This document shows positions 35,172 through 48,148 of a DNA stretch of 64,000 nt, piece by piece. The position numbers were made by a program, and so were the translations under genes. Under the pieces are notes generated by a model that was not told the DNA's origin, did no database searches, and worked only from the letters and a program-made list of their open reading frames with translations. Source of the DNA: Dictyostelium discoideum (Eukaryota); NCBI GenBank assembly GCA_000004695.1, contig CM000155.2, positions 2,048,001-2,112,000 on the forward strand, in the 5' to 3' direction. Within the stretch, counting starts at the first letter, position 1. Each line of letters starts with the position of its first letter.

Positions 35172-38100
35172 TTATTTATAGAAAGTACTGAGTGAATTAT
35201 TGTATTTTTTGAGATGTTTAGGAAGTTCTATTGCGTGAAGAGGTGAGTTCCATTGTCTGCTAAATTGTAATAGCTTTAGCGAGATTAGTGAGTCTAATTT
35301 ATTTTGTTCTTCTGGCCGTTGCTTTGATTTGATTCTTAATGTTTTGTTTATAACCGCTTGTGTCCTGTCCCATGCAGCTCTTTGTGTTTTAATTAGTTCA
35401 CGTATGACTTGTTGTCTGTGAATTATTATTTCTTTTTCATCGTGAATGAGTTTATTTCTTTTGTGCCAGATTTTATCGAATATAATAGCTATTAAATTGG
35501 CTACTAGTGCAATTTGTAGATGGTTTAAAATCTTCACATTCCAGGTGTGAGTGGTGTGTCCACACTTAGTTAGGGTGTAGTTGAAGATTTCTTGTGTGTT
35601 TTTGATGTGGGCTTTGCAGTTGAAGAATATATGTTCTGAGGTCTCATCTTCCCCACACTGTTGGCATGGCATGTTGTATATTTTTGGTAGTGCTTTCAGT
35701 GTGTATCTCCATAATAGATCTCTACCTTTCATGTTTATTATTTTTTTGATTTCTTTAAATGGAAGGTGTTTGCTATTAATTTTGGTCATTATTTCTTTTT
35801 GGCCAGGAGTTGGTATGAATTTGTTGTGTTCAGGAGATTGAGTTGTCATCATATCCTCGTATATTTTTTTTAATTTTGGGAGGTGTTCGTAGTGTGTTTG
35901 TTTATTTTGTGGAGTTTTTAATTGGGTCCATGCTTGCTTGCATTGCCAGTGTAGTTGTAGTTGATTTTGTTTTGTTGTTGTTTTGTTGTTGTTGTTGTTT
36001 TTGAGTTCCTCTTCCCACAGTTTTATATATGAACTAGGAGTGTTACTTACTCTTTGGTGGAGGTATCTTTCGAATAACCATGCTTTCTGTGCTAGTTCTC
36101 TTGTCTTCAGGTTCCATAAGTTTAGGCCACCATTGATATAGTTGTTTTGTCTTCTTTGTAGTGAAAGAGAGTTTTTAGATTTTGTGTTGAAAACGAATTT
36201 TACGATGTTATTTTCAATACTATTGTGTTGTGGTGTGGTGTTGATGTAAGTGTGGAACGTTAACTGAGATAGTGCATATGTTTTTGCCATTATGAGTCTG
36301 CCCATATAGGTTGATGAAGTTGAGTTCCATGTTACTAGTTTAGCTCTGATGTTGTCTGAGATTGTATTGATTTTGGATTTGATACCCTTATTGTTGAAGT
36401 CAAAGCCGAGGTACCTTTCGTTTGATTTTATGACGGTGTATAGCGTTCTGGTGTTCCATTTGAAAGTGATACACGAGCATTTGGTTTGGTTTATTTTTGC
36501 GCTGGTTGCTTGGCAAAACTTCTTGATCCATTCATTCATGAGGAAATGGTCCATAAAGTTGTATGCTATTGTTGCTGTATCATCGGCGAACTGTAGTATT
36601 TTAATGGTTTCTTTGGTTACACCATTGATGCAGCGGTCATTTATTATAGTAGTTGCCATGCATTCAACCACTAATGCGAAGATAGTGGGAGAGATAGGAT
36701 CACCTTGTTTGGTTCCTCTTTTTGATGTAAAGCTTTTAGATAATGAGTTATTGATGTACACTGATGTTTCTGATTCATTGAGTAAGTTCATTATTGTGAG
36801 GACCATTTTGAGTGGTAGTTTTAGATGTGCAAGAGTACGTAGAATGGCGTTATGTGAGATTGAATCGAATGCTTTTTCAAAATCATAAAATGTTATGATT
36901 GGTTCCATATCCTCTTTTGTGTTAATCTCTCGTTTTATTATTTCTATTGTTGAGTTTAAGGTGATGATGTTATCGTGCAGTAGTCTTCTTGGTACGAATC
37001 CAGTTTGGAATGGTGAGATTATTTTGTTTAAGAACTTCAGGATCCTATTGTTGATTATTTTCGAATAGATTTTGTAATCGACATTTAGAAGTGTTATTGG
37101 TCTATAGTTATCCAGGTTGTTTGGGTCTCCTTTGTTTTTATATATAGTAATCAATATCCCTTGTTTGAAGTCCTTTGGGATTGTTGTGTTCCAGAAGTGA
37201 TTGTATAGTTTTGATATTATTGGTAGAATTTCATTAATGTGGTTTTTGTAAAATGTTGGAAGGAGTCCATCTTTACCAGGTGCTTTTCCTTCTTGTATTT
37301 TTTCAATGCCTAGTCTGATTTCGTATTCTTCTATTGGTTGATTAATTTCGTCCAATATCTTTTGATCAATCCTTTTATTGAATGTTTTTAGGAGTTCGTG
37401 GTGAGTGTCTTCGTTGCATTCTCTCTTCTGGTACAGGTTCTCGTAATATCTTCTTGCTACTTCGAGGATATCCTCGTTTTTTGTTACCAAACAATTGTTG
37501 CTTGGATCTAGAATTTGAGGGATTTCATTTGTCTTTCTTTGGACTTTTAACCTTCTGGTTAAGTATTTTGATGGTGTTTCTTTGTTGTTGATGTGGGTGT
37601 TGGTTTGGTTTGCTTGTTTTATTCTTACTTGTTCCTTTAGAATATTGTTGATCTCTTCTTTAAGGAAGATTGCTCTTGAATCTTTGGCTGTTTCGAGTTT
37701 TTCTGCGAGTTCTTTTAGTTTGTTTTTGGTTTTATTGCTTTCTCTAATTTCTATATTAATTGACAGTTTCTTTATTTCATCTTTTAGTTTCAACCATTGT
37801 TCGCAAATGTTTAATTTGTACCATTTGCTGGTGTTCTCTTCGAATTTTTTATTGTAGTATTTAATTGTTTTATTAATTTTGAGGCTGGTTGAATTCATTT
37901 TGAGAGTTTCTAGGTTTTGTCTCCATAGTCTTTCTCCTTTCTTTTGTTGCTCGTATTCTGGTATTTTTAATTCAATGATTACCATGTTGTGATCAGATTT
38001 TAATTTGATTTCCTTAGTAGTAACTATTGGGTTTAGATGGAGTATCTTCTTTGAGACAAAGACCCTATCGATGGTTGATTTGTTTCTTGGAAATGTGATT

Positions 38101-38393
38101 CCATTCTTAATTTCTGTAAATTCGAATTCGTCGAAGATTGTTTTAATATATTTGTTAAGGTTATTATCCACTGAACAGTCTACATTGAAGTCTCCAGTTA
38201 TAATATCGCTGTGTAGTATTTCTTCTGTGAGATTTTCCTTATACCATTCATGTCTTTCGTTTGACTTTGCTGGGGCATAAATGGTTGTGCATTTGATCTG
38301 TGTTTTTGCAATCATCCATTCGGAAGATATAATTCTTTCGTTTATTGTTTTTGTTGTTGTTTTTATTTGGGTGTTGATGATGATTTGTGACAC
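35172..38393 (-). CDS. TRE5-A ORF2: apurinic/apyrimidinic-type endonuclease + reverse transcriptase polyprotein (>=1073 aa)
   Basis: The N-terminal APE-like motifs are ..ITGDFNVDCS.. The RT motifs are FYDFEKAFDSISHNAILRTL (F.D..KAFD) and ILQFADDTATIA (the FADD/YXDD box). A C-terminal Cys/His-rich region is CQQCGEDETSEHIFFNC. The open frame extends upstream of the GTG at 38393 to ~38480 with no in-frame ATG. Confidence 0.8.
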   Translation of the reverse strand: MSQIIINTQIKTTTKTINERIISSEWMIAKTQIKCTTIYAPAKSNERHEWYKENLTEEILHSDIITGDFNVDCSVDNNLNKYIKTIFDEFEFTEIKNGITFPRNKSTIDRVFVSKKILHLNPIVTTKEIKLKSDHNMVIIELKIPEYEQQKKGERLWRQNLETLKMNSTSLKINKTIKYYNKKFEENTSKWYKLNICEQWLKLKDEIKKLSINIEIRESNKTKNKLKELAEKLETAKDSRAIFLKEEINNILKEQVRIKQANQTNTHINNKETPSKYLTRRLKVQRKTNEIPQILDPSNNCLVTKNEDILEVARRYYENLYQKRECNEDTHHELLKTFNKRIDQKILDEINQPIEEYEIRLGIEKIQEGKAPGKDGLLPTFYKNHINEILPIISKLYNHFWNTTIPKDFKQGILITIYKNKGDPNNLDNYRPITLLNVDYKIYSKIINNRILKFLNKIISPFQTGFVPRRLLHDNIITLNSTIEIIKREINTKEDMEPIITFYDFEKAFDSISHNAILRTLAHLKLPLKMVLTIMNLLNESETSVYINNSLSKSFTSKRGTKQGDPISPTIFALVVECMATTIINDRCINGVTKETIKILQFADDTATIAYNFMDHFLMNEWIKKFCQATSAKINQTKCSCITFKWNTRTLYTVIKSNERYLGFDFNNKGIKSKINTISDNIRAKLVTWNSTSSTYMGRLIMAKTYALSQLTFHTYINTTPQHNSIENNIVKFVFNTKSKNSLSLQRRQNNYINGGLNLWNLKTRELAQKAWLFERYLHQRVSNTPSSYIKLWEEELKNNNNNKTTTKQNQLQLHWQCKQAWTQLKTPQNKQTHYEHLPKLKKIYEDMMTTQSPEHNKFIPTPGQKEIMTKINSKHLPFKEIKKIINMKGRDLLWRYTLKALPKIYNMPCQQCGEDETSEHIFFNCKAHIKNTQEIFNYTLTKCGHTTHTWNVKILNHLQIALVANLIAIIFDKIWHKRNKLIHDEKEIIIHRQQVIRELIKTQRAAWDRTQAVINKTLRIKSKQRPEEQNKLDSLISLKLLQFSRQWNSPLHAIELPKHLKKYNNSLSTFYK

Positions 38394-38605
38394 CCCTTGT
38401 CCTGTTTTATCAATTGGTGCGTGGTGTGTTATTTTGTTTTTATATTGTTGATTTATTGAGTAAATTTTATTTGTTTTTATATTTGTTTCAGTTAGAAGTG
38501 CTGCGTCCAGCTTGTTGTTGTCTAATACGGTGTTTATTATGCTGGCAGATTGGATGGTGTTGGATCCTTGGACGTTCCAAACACCTATTCTTATTGTGTT
38601 TTTCT

Positions 38606-39873
38606 TTATAGTTTTATTTGGGGTAGATTTTTATCTACCTTTTGAAGTTTCTGGTTTATTTTGTCTTCTAACTGATCTTTACTTTGTTCGTTGTGTTGTT
38701 GGTCTTGTGTGTTTGTGGGGTTTTTTGATTTACTGATTTGTTTTAGAATTTCCTTGTTGAAGTTGTCTATATCTTCATCCATTTTTGTTTTTATGCTTTT
38801 TTGTCCATATTCACCCAATTTTGGTTTGACTGGTGTTTTGTTGGTCCTGTTTGTTTTGTCTTGTTGTTTGTTTTTTGGTGTGTTTAACAATTTACTTGGT
38901 GAATCAATAATTTTCGATGGTGTACCATAGGTTGGGCTGAAACTCATGATATGTTTTATTGGAGAGGAGAAGAACCATTGATTTGAAGGGATTGAAAGTG
39001 GGAATTCTATTTTTCTTATTGCATCAGTGTTTGGGCTGGTGAAGTCGAAGATATCATTTACCTCTCTAAGTTTTTCTTCCGTTGTTAGTCTCTTTGTTTC
39101 GCCGTGTTGTTTTATTGGTGTATTGTATGGAGATGGTGGTTCAATAGGTTTTTCTGATTTTGTTTTAATTTCTTGATTTTTTATCGATTGGGTATTGATC
39201 TCATTCTCTATTCTTGTTAGTTCATCTACGTTTTCTAGTGATGCATCTATTACCTTTTGAGCTGTATCATCTAGGGCCATAAATGTTTTATCATTAGATG
39301 AGGAGGTGATTGGTGGGATAATGATTGTTCTTTTTCCTTGTTTTGGTATTTGTTCTGATGTAGATTTTGGTTGTTGTTCATCTGATTGTTTTTTATTTTT
39401 GTTTTCTTCTTGATTTTCTGGTAATGAGGTTTGATCTCTCCATCCTTTGTTGGAGTGACCAATTAATGTTAGATTGTCTAGTTCAATGATAGTATCATAT
39501 TCTTCTACGACTCTTTTCACTGTTTTGATAATTAGAGTTTCGCCTTTAATTTCAGATTTAATTAGTTTACATCCTTCATTTTCTATTACCCATTCTATTT
39601 CTGTGAGTGATTTATACCAATCGAAATCCGTATACATATTTTTTGGTCTTAGAGTGGTTATAAATTGTCCTTTTAATTCTGCATCGAACATATTTACAAA
39701 ATAGATTACTGTACTAATACTGTCTGTGAGAATTTTGAATGTATTATTACTTTTGATTAAAACATCTTTTTTGTCCAAACTTTTTTCTAAATCTTTTTTT
39801 ATTTTATCGTCTGGTTCGTGATTGATGTTTATGACGTATTTGAATTGTTTTTTTTTTAAATGAGTTTTATCCA
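38606..39873 (-). CDS. TRE5-A ORF1 protein (422 aa, basic; function unknown)
   Basis: The first open frame of the element follows the B-module (MDKTHLKKKQFKYVININHEPDDKIKK...). A degenerate copy of its first ~60 codons recurs at 34777-34959. The element is retroelement-typical in having an ORF1 upstream of the RT ORF. Confidence 0.7.
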
Positions 39874-40019
39874 CAATTTCGCTTATTTTTTGTAGGCCTT
39901 TGGGGTGCTTAATATTTGGGGGGGTGGTTGGGAATTTCCTTTTATTTTCCTTCTATTTTTTAAAATTTTCTTTAAAAAGTTAAAAATCTGGAAATTTTTT
40001 GATTAACTTGGGGTCCCCG

Positions 40020-40077
<58 letters not shown>

Positions 40078-40080
<3 letters not shown>

Positions 40081-40934
40081 TCTTTTTTATATGAAAAATG
40101 AAATAATCAAAAAAAGAGATTGTTGTTGTTGTTTGTTTTTTTTCGATCTGATTATTTTTTGCTTTTTTTTGAAAATTTTGCTACGCAAAATTCTCAAAAC
40201 GAAACAAATAATAAATTACAATAAAGTAAAAAGATGGCTTTTTAAGATAGTTTATTTATTTATTTATTTGTTTTTTAAGTCTTTTTTATATGAAAAATGA
40301 AATAATCAAAAAAAGAGATTGTTGTTGTTGTTTGTTTTTTTTCGATCTGATTATTTTTTGCTTTTTTTTGAAAATTTTGCTACGCAAAATTCTCAAAACG
40401 AAACAAATAATAAATTACAATAAAGTAAAAAGATGGCTTTTTAAGATAGTTTATTTATTTATTTATTTGTTTTTTAAGTCTTTTTTATATGAAAAATGAA
40501 ATAATCAAAAAAAGAGATTGTTGTTGTTGTTTGTTTTTTTTCGATCTGATTATTTTTTGCTTTTTTTTGAAAATTTTGCTACGCAAAATTCTCAAAACGA
40601 AACAAATAATAAATTACAATAAAGTAAAAAGATGGCTTTTTAAGATAGTTTATTTATTTATTTATTTGTTTTTTAAGTCTTTTTTATATGAAAAATGAAA
40701 TAATCAAAAAAAGAGATTGTTGTTGTTGTTTGTTTTTTTTCGATCTGATTATTTTTTGCTTTTTTTTGAAAATTTTGCTACGCAAAATTCTCAAAACGAA
40801 ACAAATAATAAATTACAATAAAGTAAAAAGATGGCTTTTTAAGATAGTTTATTTATTTATTTATTTGTTTTTTAAGTCTTTTTTATATGAAAAATGAAAT
40901 AATCAAAAAAAGAGATTGTTGTTGTTGTTTGTTT
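40078..40934. repeat. Tandem array, 4.3 copies of a 199-bp unit (TRE5-A 5' 'A-module'-like repeats)
   Basis: The units at 40078, 40277, 40476 and 40675 are essentially identical, with a partial fifth unit to ~40934. Each creates an identical spurious 69-aa ORF (40091, 40290, 40489, 40688). The array is contiguous with the 5' UTR of the retroelement. Confidence 0.85.
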
Positions 40935-40983
40935 TTTTTCGATCTCAGGATTATACGATCCTAATAAAGTGATTTAATTGAAT

Positions 40984-41066
40984 TTTCATCAAACCGGCTT
41001 TGGCGCAATGGTAGCGCGATTGACTGTAGTTATATAAGTGATCAATCGGTTGCTAGTTCGAATCTG
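40984..41066 (+). tRNA. tRNA-Tyr (anticodon GTA) with ~11-nt intron 3' of the anticodon
   Basis: The acceptor stem CCGGCTT/AAGCCGG is followed by discriminator A. The D-arm is TGGCGCAATGGTAGCGC. The anticodon stem ATTGA/TCAAT encloses CTGTAG + an 11-nt insert (TTATATAAGTG) + A, which is the canonical eukaryotic tRNA-Tyr intron position. The T-arm is GCTAGTTCGAATCTGGC. Confidence 0.75.
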
Positions 41067-41100
41067 GCAAGCCGGACTTTTTTAATGTAAATCAATATAT

Positions 41101-41116
41101 CGCTGGTTCGATTCTT
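41101..41116 (+). promoter_or_regulatory. Extra B-box (ex-B) downstream of tRNA-Tyr
   Basis: GGTTCGATTC at 41105-41114 lies ~38 bp beyond the tRNA 3' end and matches the pol III B-box consensus GGTTCGAATCC. Dictyostelium tRNA genes characteristically carry such an external B box. Confidence 0.5.
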
Positions 41117-41929
41117 GGTCAGAAATGTGTCTAAAATTAGTCTCCTTTGACCAATTCTTTTAATAAGAATAATTACTTTGGATCTTAAAACACATATAAA
41201 ACTACTAGTTATTGTTTATTTCTTATATTGGATATACACTCAAAAAAAAAAAAAAAAAAAAAGAAATATATTTCCTAAAAACCCAAAGAAATAAAATCAA
41301 AAATAAAAAAGGTATTTCCCATAATTGTTTAAAAAAAAAAAAAAAATCTAAAGGTCTAAATTTGTATTTTTTTTTTTTTTTTTATCCAAATTTGATTTTT
41401 TTTTACATTTTTTTTTTTCTGTATATTTTTTATTTTTTTTTTTTTTATGTATTTTTTATTTTGTGGATGTTGAGAGTTTACCCTATTATTTCATACTTTA
41501 AATTATGGAGCTTCACCATCTGAAGCTGAAAAATTCATTTTTTATCAAAATTTAATTATCTTTTATCATATCCATCAATTACTCTCAATCCATTGTAATT
41601 GATGGACATGATAAAAGAATTTTCAATATTGATAAAAATATGAGGTTTTCAGCTTCAGATGGTGTATCTTCATAATTACCAGTAGTAAAGTATCATATTC
41701 ATTTCATAAAATTTCAAATATAGAGTTTCAAACAAAATTAATATATTTAATATTTCCTATGAAGAATTTATGCTTCTGTCCATGAAAAACTCACAATTGG
41801 AATAGAAATAACCAAACATACAATATTAATTAATTATTGATAAACCAATAAAATACAAAACAACAATTAATTAATTTAATGAATAAAAAAAAAAAAAAAA
41901 AAATTAAAACAAAGTAAAAATGAGATTTA

Positions 41930-44681
<2,752 letters not shown>

Positions 44682-44937
44682 ATTATTATTAATTATTAAA
44701 TTTTTTAAATTTATTGGTATTTGATAAAAGAATAATGATAAAATTTGAATAATATTATAATTATTATTATTACTATTATCATTATCATTATTATTATTAT
44801 TAAAATCTGTATCTAAATAATTTAAAACTATATCAATTGAGAAAGCTAATAAAGGTTTACTAATTGTATACCACTTTTTTTTTTTATAAAATTAATTAAT
44901 TAATTAATACTTTGTTATTTTTTTTTTTTTTTTTTAT

Positions 44938-47737
44938 TTACTTTTTTTTTTTTATTAATTTACATACTTTTTTAATTTCATTAAAATAATCTAATAGTTT
45001 TTGTTTTAAAGAGAATAGTAAATTTTTATTATTACAATTATTATAATTTGAAAATGTTATCACAATTATGAATAATGAAATTAGCAAATCTGATGATTGT
45101 GTTGTTAACCTAGTTGGTGAAATAATACCATTTTCTATAATACTACATTTATTAATGATTTTATCAATTATGGTTGGAATTATATTATCAATAATTATTG
45201 AAATGGTCTCATTATCTATATTACTAACATTATCTTTATTTGTTTGATTCAATGTGAATATTAAAATAAAATGAAATACTGTATTAAAAATATCTAAAAT
45301 TTGTTTTTTTTCTTCTTTATTATATTCATTATTTTGATTATTTTGATTATTTTGATTATTTTGATTATTTTGATTATTATTTAAAATTGATAATATTGTT
45401 TTATAAAATAAATTATTATGATTTATTTGAATATATGAAAATAATCTATAAACTTTAAAAAATTGTTGAGGTGGATTTGGGATTGTATTATTTGAACTAT
45501 TGTTATTATCGTTATTATTGTTATTAGGTGTTGTTGTTGTTGTTGTTGTTGATGATGATGAAGAATTTAAATCAATAATTTTGGTGGGTGAATTTTTGAA
45601 AGGATAATTTAAAGATAAAAATAAAATTATTGAAGAAATATCTAATTTCCATGAATGTAATAATTGAATTTCATTGAATTTTAAAATGATTGAATTAATA
45701 ATTGATATCATTGAATCGGTTGGGCTAATTTTAATTGATTTATCAATTGATTCAAATGCTNNNNNNNNNNNNNNNNNNNNNNNNNNNNNNNNNNNNNNNN
45801 NNNNNNNNNNNNNNNNNNNNNNNNNNNNNNNNNNNNNNNNNNNNNNNNNNNNNNNNNNNNGATTTATATTTATAATTTGATCAATTGGAGAAATGTGAGA
45901 ATTTACAGGTGTTAATGATGGAGTTGAAGTTGGAGTTGGAGAAGGAGTTGATGAAACGATAGTATGTTGAACAGCTAAACCAAAATCACCCAATGATACC
46001 AATAAGCCACCTCCATCAGAATTTTCTTCAAATGAACTTGATATATTGCTAAATGATGATTGTTGGTGGTGATCCTCTTCTCTAACTAAAAATACATTAC
46101 CAGGTTTTAAATCTCTATGAATGATTCCCTTGGAATGAATATATCTTAAACCAATACAAATCTGTTTAAAAATATTTAAATTCTCTTCTTCATTAACTTG
46201 ATCAGGTGGTCTATTTTCTAACCATTGACTAAGAGTTTGAGAATATAATTGCATCACAATAAATAATGTTGTAATTCTATTAATTTTTGGTGAAACAATA
46301 TTATTTTTATTATTATTATTATTGTTATTGTTATTATTATTATTTATTGATGGTTTTAATAAAGAATTATTTTGAGTTAATGATGATCTTAAACTTGGTG
46401 GTTGTGATTTTTGTTGTTGTTGTTGTTGTTGTTGTTGGTATTGTTTTGGTGGCATTGAGATTGGTGGAGTTGTTGAAGTTGGAATTGATGATGGATTTGG
46501 AATTAAATCATCATTATTTTCAAATACACCACTATAATCACTATCAGATTCTGATAATGAATCATCATCTGTTTCTTCCTCACCTTCACTTGATGAAAAT
46601 GAACGACGATGACGACTATGATTAAATGATTCAGTATCAGTATCATTTTGTATATTAGTCATAGTACTACGATTTGTGTCATCGAATCCTTGAGAATCAT
46701 CTTCATCGGATTCTTCATCTGAACCATCATCCAAACTAAAACTTGTGTAATGTTTTTTTGGTGTCTTAAAGAAGCCAACTCCATTACTACTAACATCATT
46801 TGAATCATCAGAATCATCATAACTCTTTTTAAAACGTGATGAATTGATCATTGATTCTCGAATTGATGTTTGTTTATTAAATTGTTTAAAATCTTCATCA
46901 TGTGGGAATTGAAGTTTATATAAACTATCATCAGATGATGATGAAGAAGATGACGATGATGATGATGAAATATCATCATCATTATCATCACCTGCACCAG
47001 ATTGGTCCAAAGCTTTTTTCTTACTGTTATTATTATTATTATTTACATTTTTCTTTTTTTGTGGTGAAACTTTCTTTTTGGCTTTATTAACTCTACGATT
47101 ACATGGATTATCACTCTCATTCAAGTAGGAAGCCTCTTCTGAAGTGGTTCCCCAATTGCCATCGAATAATAAATGATTGTTATAAATGATATTTTTGATA
47201 TCACTATCAATTTGTTTACCATTTGAGGTTGACAATGATGTTGATGCCATTGATGATGATGGTGGTAATAATTCCTCAGTCTCTAACCAAGCTGAATGGT
47301 ATCTAACGATATTTCTATGATTTAATGATGCCAAAGTTTTTACCTCTCTCAAAACCTTTTCTAAAAAGGTTTTGGTGGTGTTTTTAAATGGTATCTTTTT
47401 CAATGCATAATATTCTCCATCCAATTTATTCTTTACCTTAAAAACTGATCCATATCCACCTTTTCCAACTTTTTCTATTTCACAAAAATCCTCTTCATAT
47501 CTGGAAACTTTTAATTGTTGTTGAAATTGTTGAAGTTGTGAGTTTGGATGTAATAAGTGAACTTGTGGTATTGGTTGTTGATTTTGTTGGTTTTGTTGTT
47601 GAAATTGTTGTTGTTGTTGTTGTTGTCCACAACTAAAAATAATAAATAGAAAGTAAGTGTTTTTAAAAAAAAGAAAAAAGAAAAAAAGAAATTCGTAATA
47701 AAAGATATTAGTAATAGATTGATATAAATAAAATAAA

Positions 47738-47797
<60 letters not shown>

Positions 47798-47906
47798 AAA
47801 CTTACAATGAAGATGGCAATGTAGTATATCTTGGTGATAAGTCATTTGATGAATTATTTAAATTTTGAGAAGGTAATGAAGACAAGGAAAATCCTCTTTG
47901 AAGCAT
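44938..47906 (-). CDS. eIF2-alpha kinase-like Ser/Thr protein kinase; complement(join(44938..47632,47806..47906)); interrupted by assembly gap.
   Basis: Exon 1 ([18 protein letters not shown]...) has a GTAAGT donor. Exon 2 has a poly-Q stretch, then kinase subdomain [21 protein letters not shown], and [27 protein letters not shown] (the IVRY..AWLE signature of eIF2alpha kinases). A ~330-aa acidic/Ser-rich insert sits between subdomains IV and V. Then come [16 protein letters not shown], the catalytic loop [13 protein letters not shown] and DFGLA. Subdomains VIII-XI are not seen and presumably lie in the N-gap at 45761-45860. Confidence 0.7.
45761..45860. other. Assembly gap (100 N) inside the kinase gene
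   Basis: A run of 100 'n' characters; the reading frame continues across it in the ORF track only formally. Confidence 0.99.
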
Positions 47907-48117
47907 ATTTATAAAACTATATATTCTATTTAATTATAACTTTACTATTATTGCTAGTGTGTGTCTGTAATAATTTAAAAAAAAAAAATAAAATAAAAAA
48001 ATATAATTTTAATAGATGTTAATGAGTTTTGACTTTTTTTTTTTTTTGTTTTTTTTTTATTTTTTGAATAATTATAAGAAAAATGCGATAAAAAATAAAA
48101 AATAAAATTAAACAAAT

Positions 48118-48148
<31 letters not shown>

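Larger units (their letters stand above)
34650..40934 (-). mobile_element. Near full-length tRNA-gene-targeted non-LTR retrotransposon (TRE5-A/DRE-like), ~6.3 kb, flanked by 16-18-bp target-site duplication TCAGGATTATACGATCC(T).
   Basis: Element-strand order: 4.3 tandem 199-bp 5' modules (40078-40934); oligo(A) + B-module-like 5' UTR (40077-39875); ORF1 (39873-38606); ORF2 with APE endonuclease and RT (38393-35172); oligo(A) (35171-35105); a second B-module-like copy with a degenerate ORF1 start (35100-34850); a C-module-like region (34850-34677); terminal oligo(A) (34676-34650). The direct repeat TCAGGATTATACGATCC(T) lies at 34632-34649 and 40935-40952. The 5' end lies ~49 bp upstream of tRNA-Tyr (head-to-head). 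Confidence 0.8.

Noticed and set aside
35581-38280. Several plus-strand ORFs (35581-35841, 36349-36888, 37382-37857, 38005-38280) inside the retroelement
   Set aside because: They are antisense to the retrotransposon ORF2 and carry no recognisable motifs. They are Cys/Phe/Leu-rich mirror frames.
40091-40897. Four identical 69-aa ORFs (MKNEIIKKRDCCCCLFFFDLIIF...) at 199-bp intervals
   Set aside because: They are a by-product of the tandemly repeated 199-bp retroelement 5' module. Their composition is low-complexity, and they are not a gene family.
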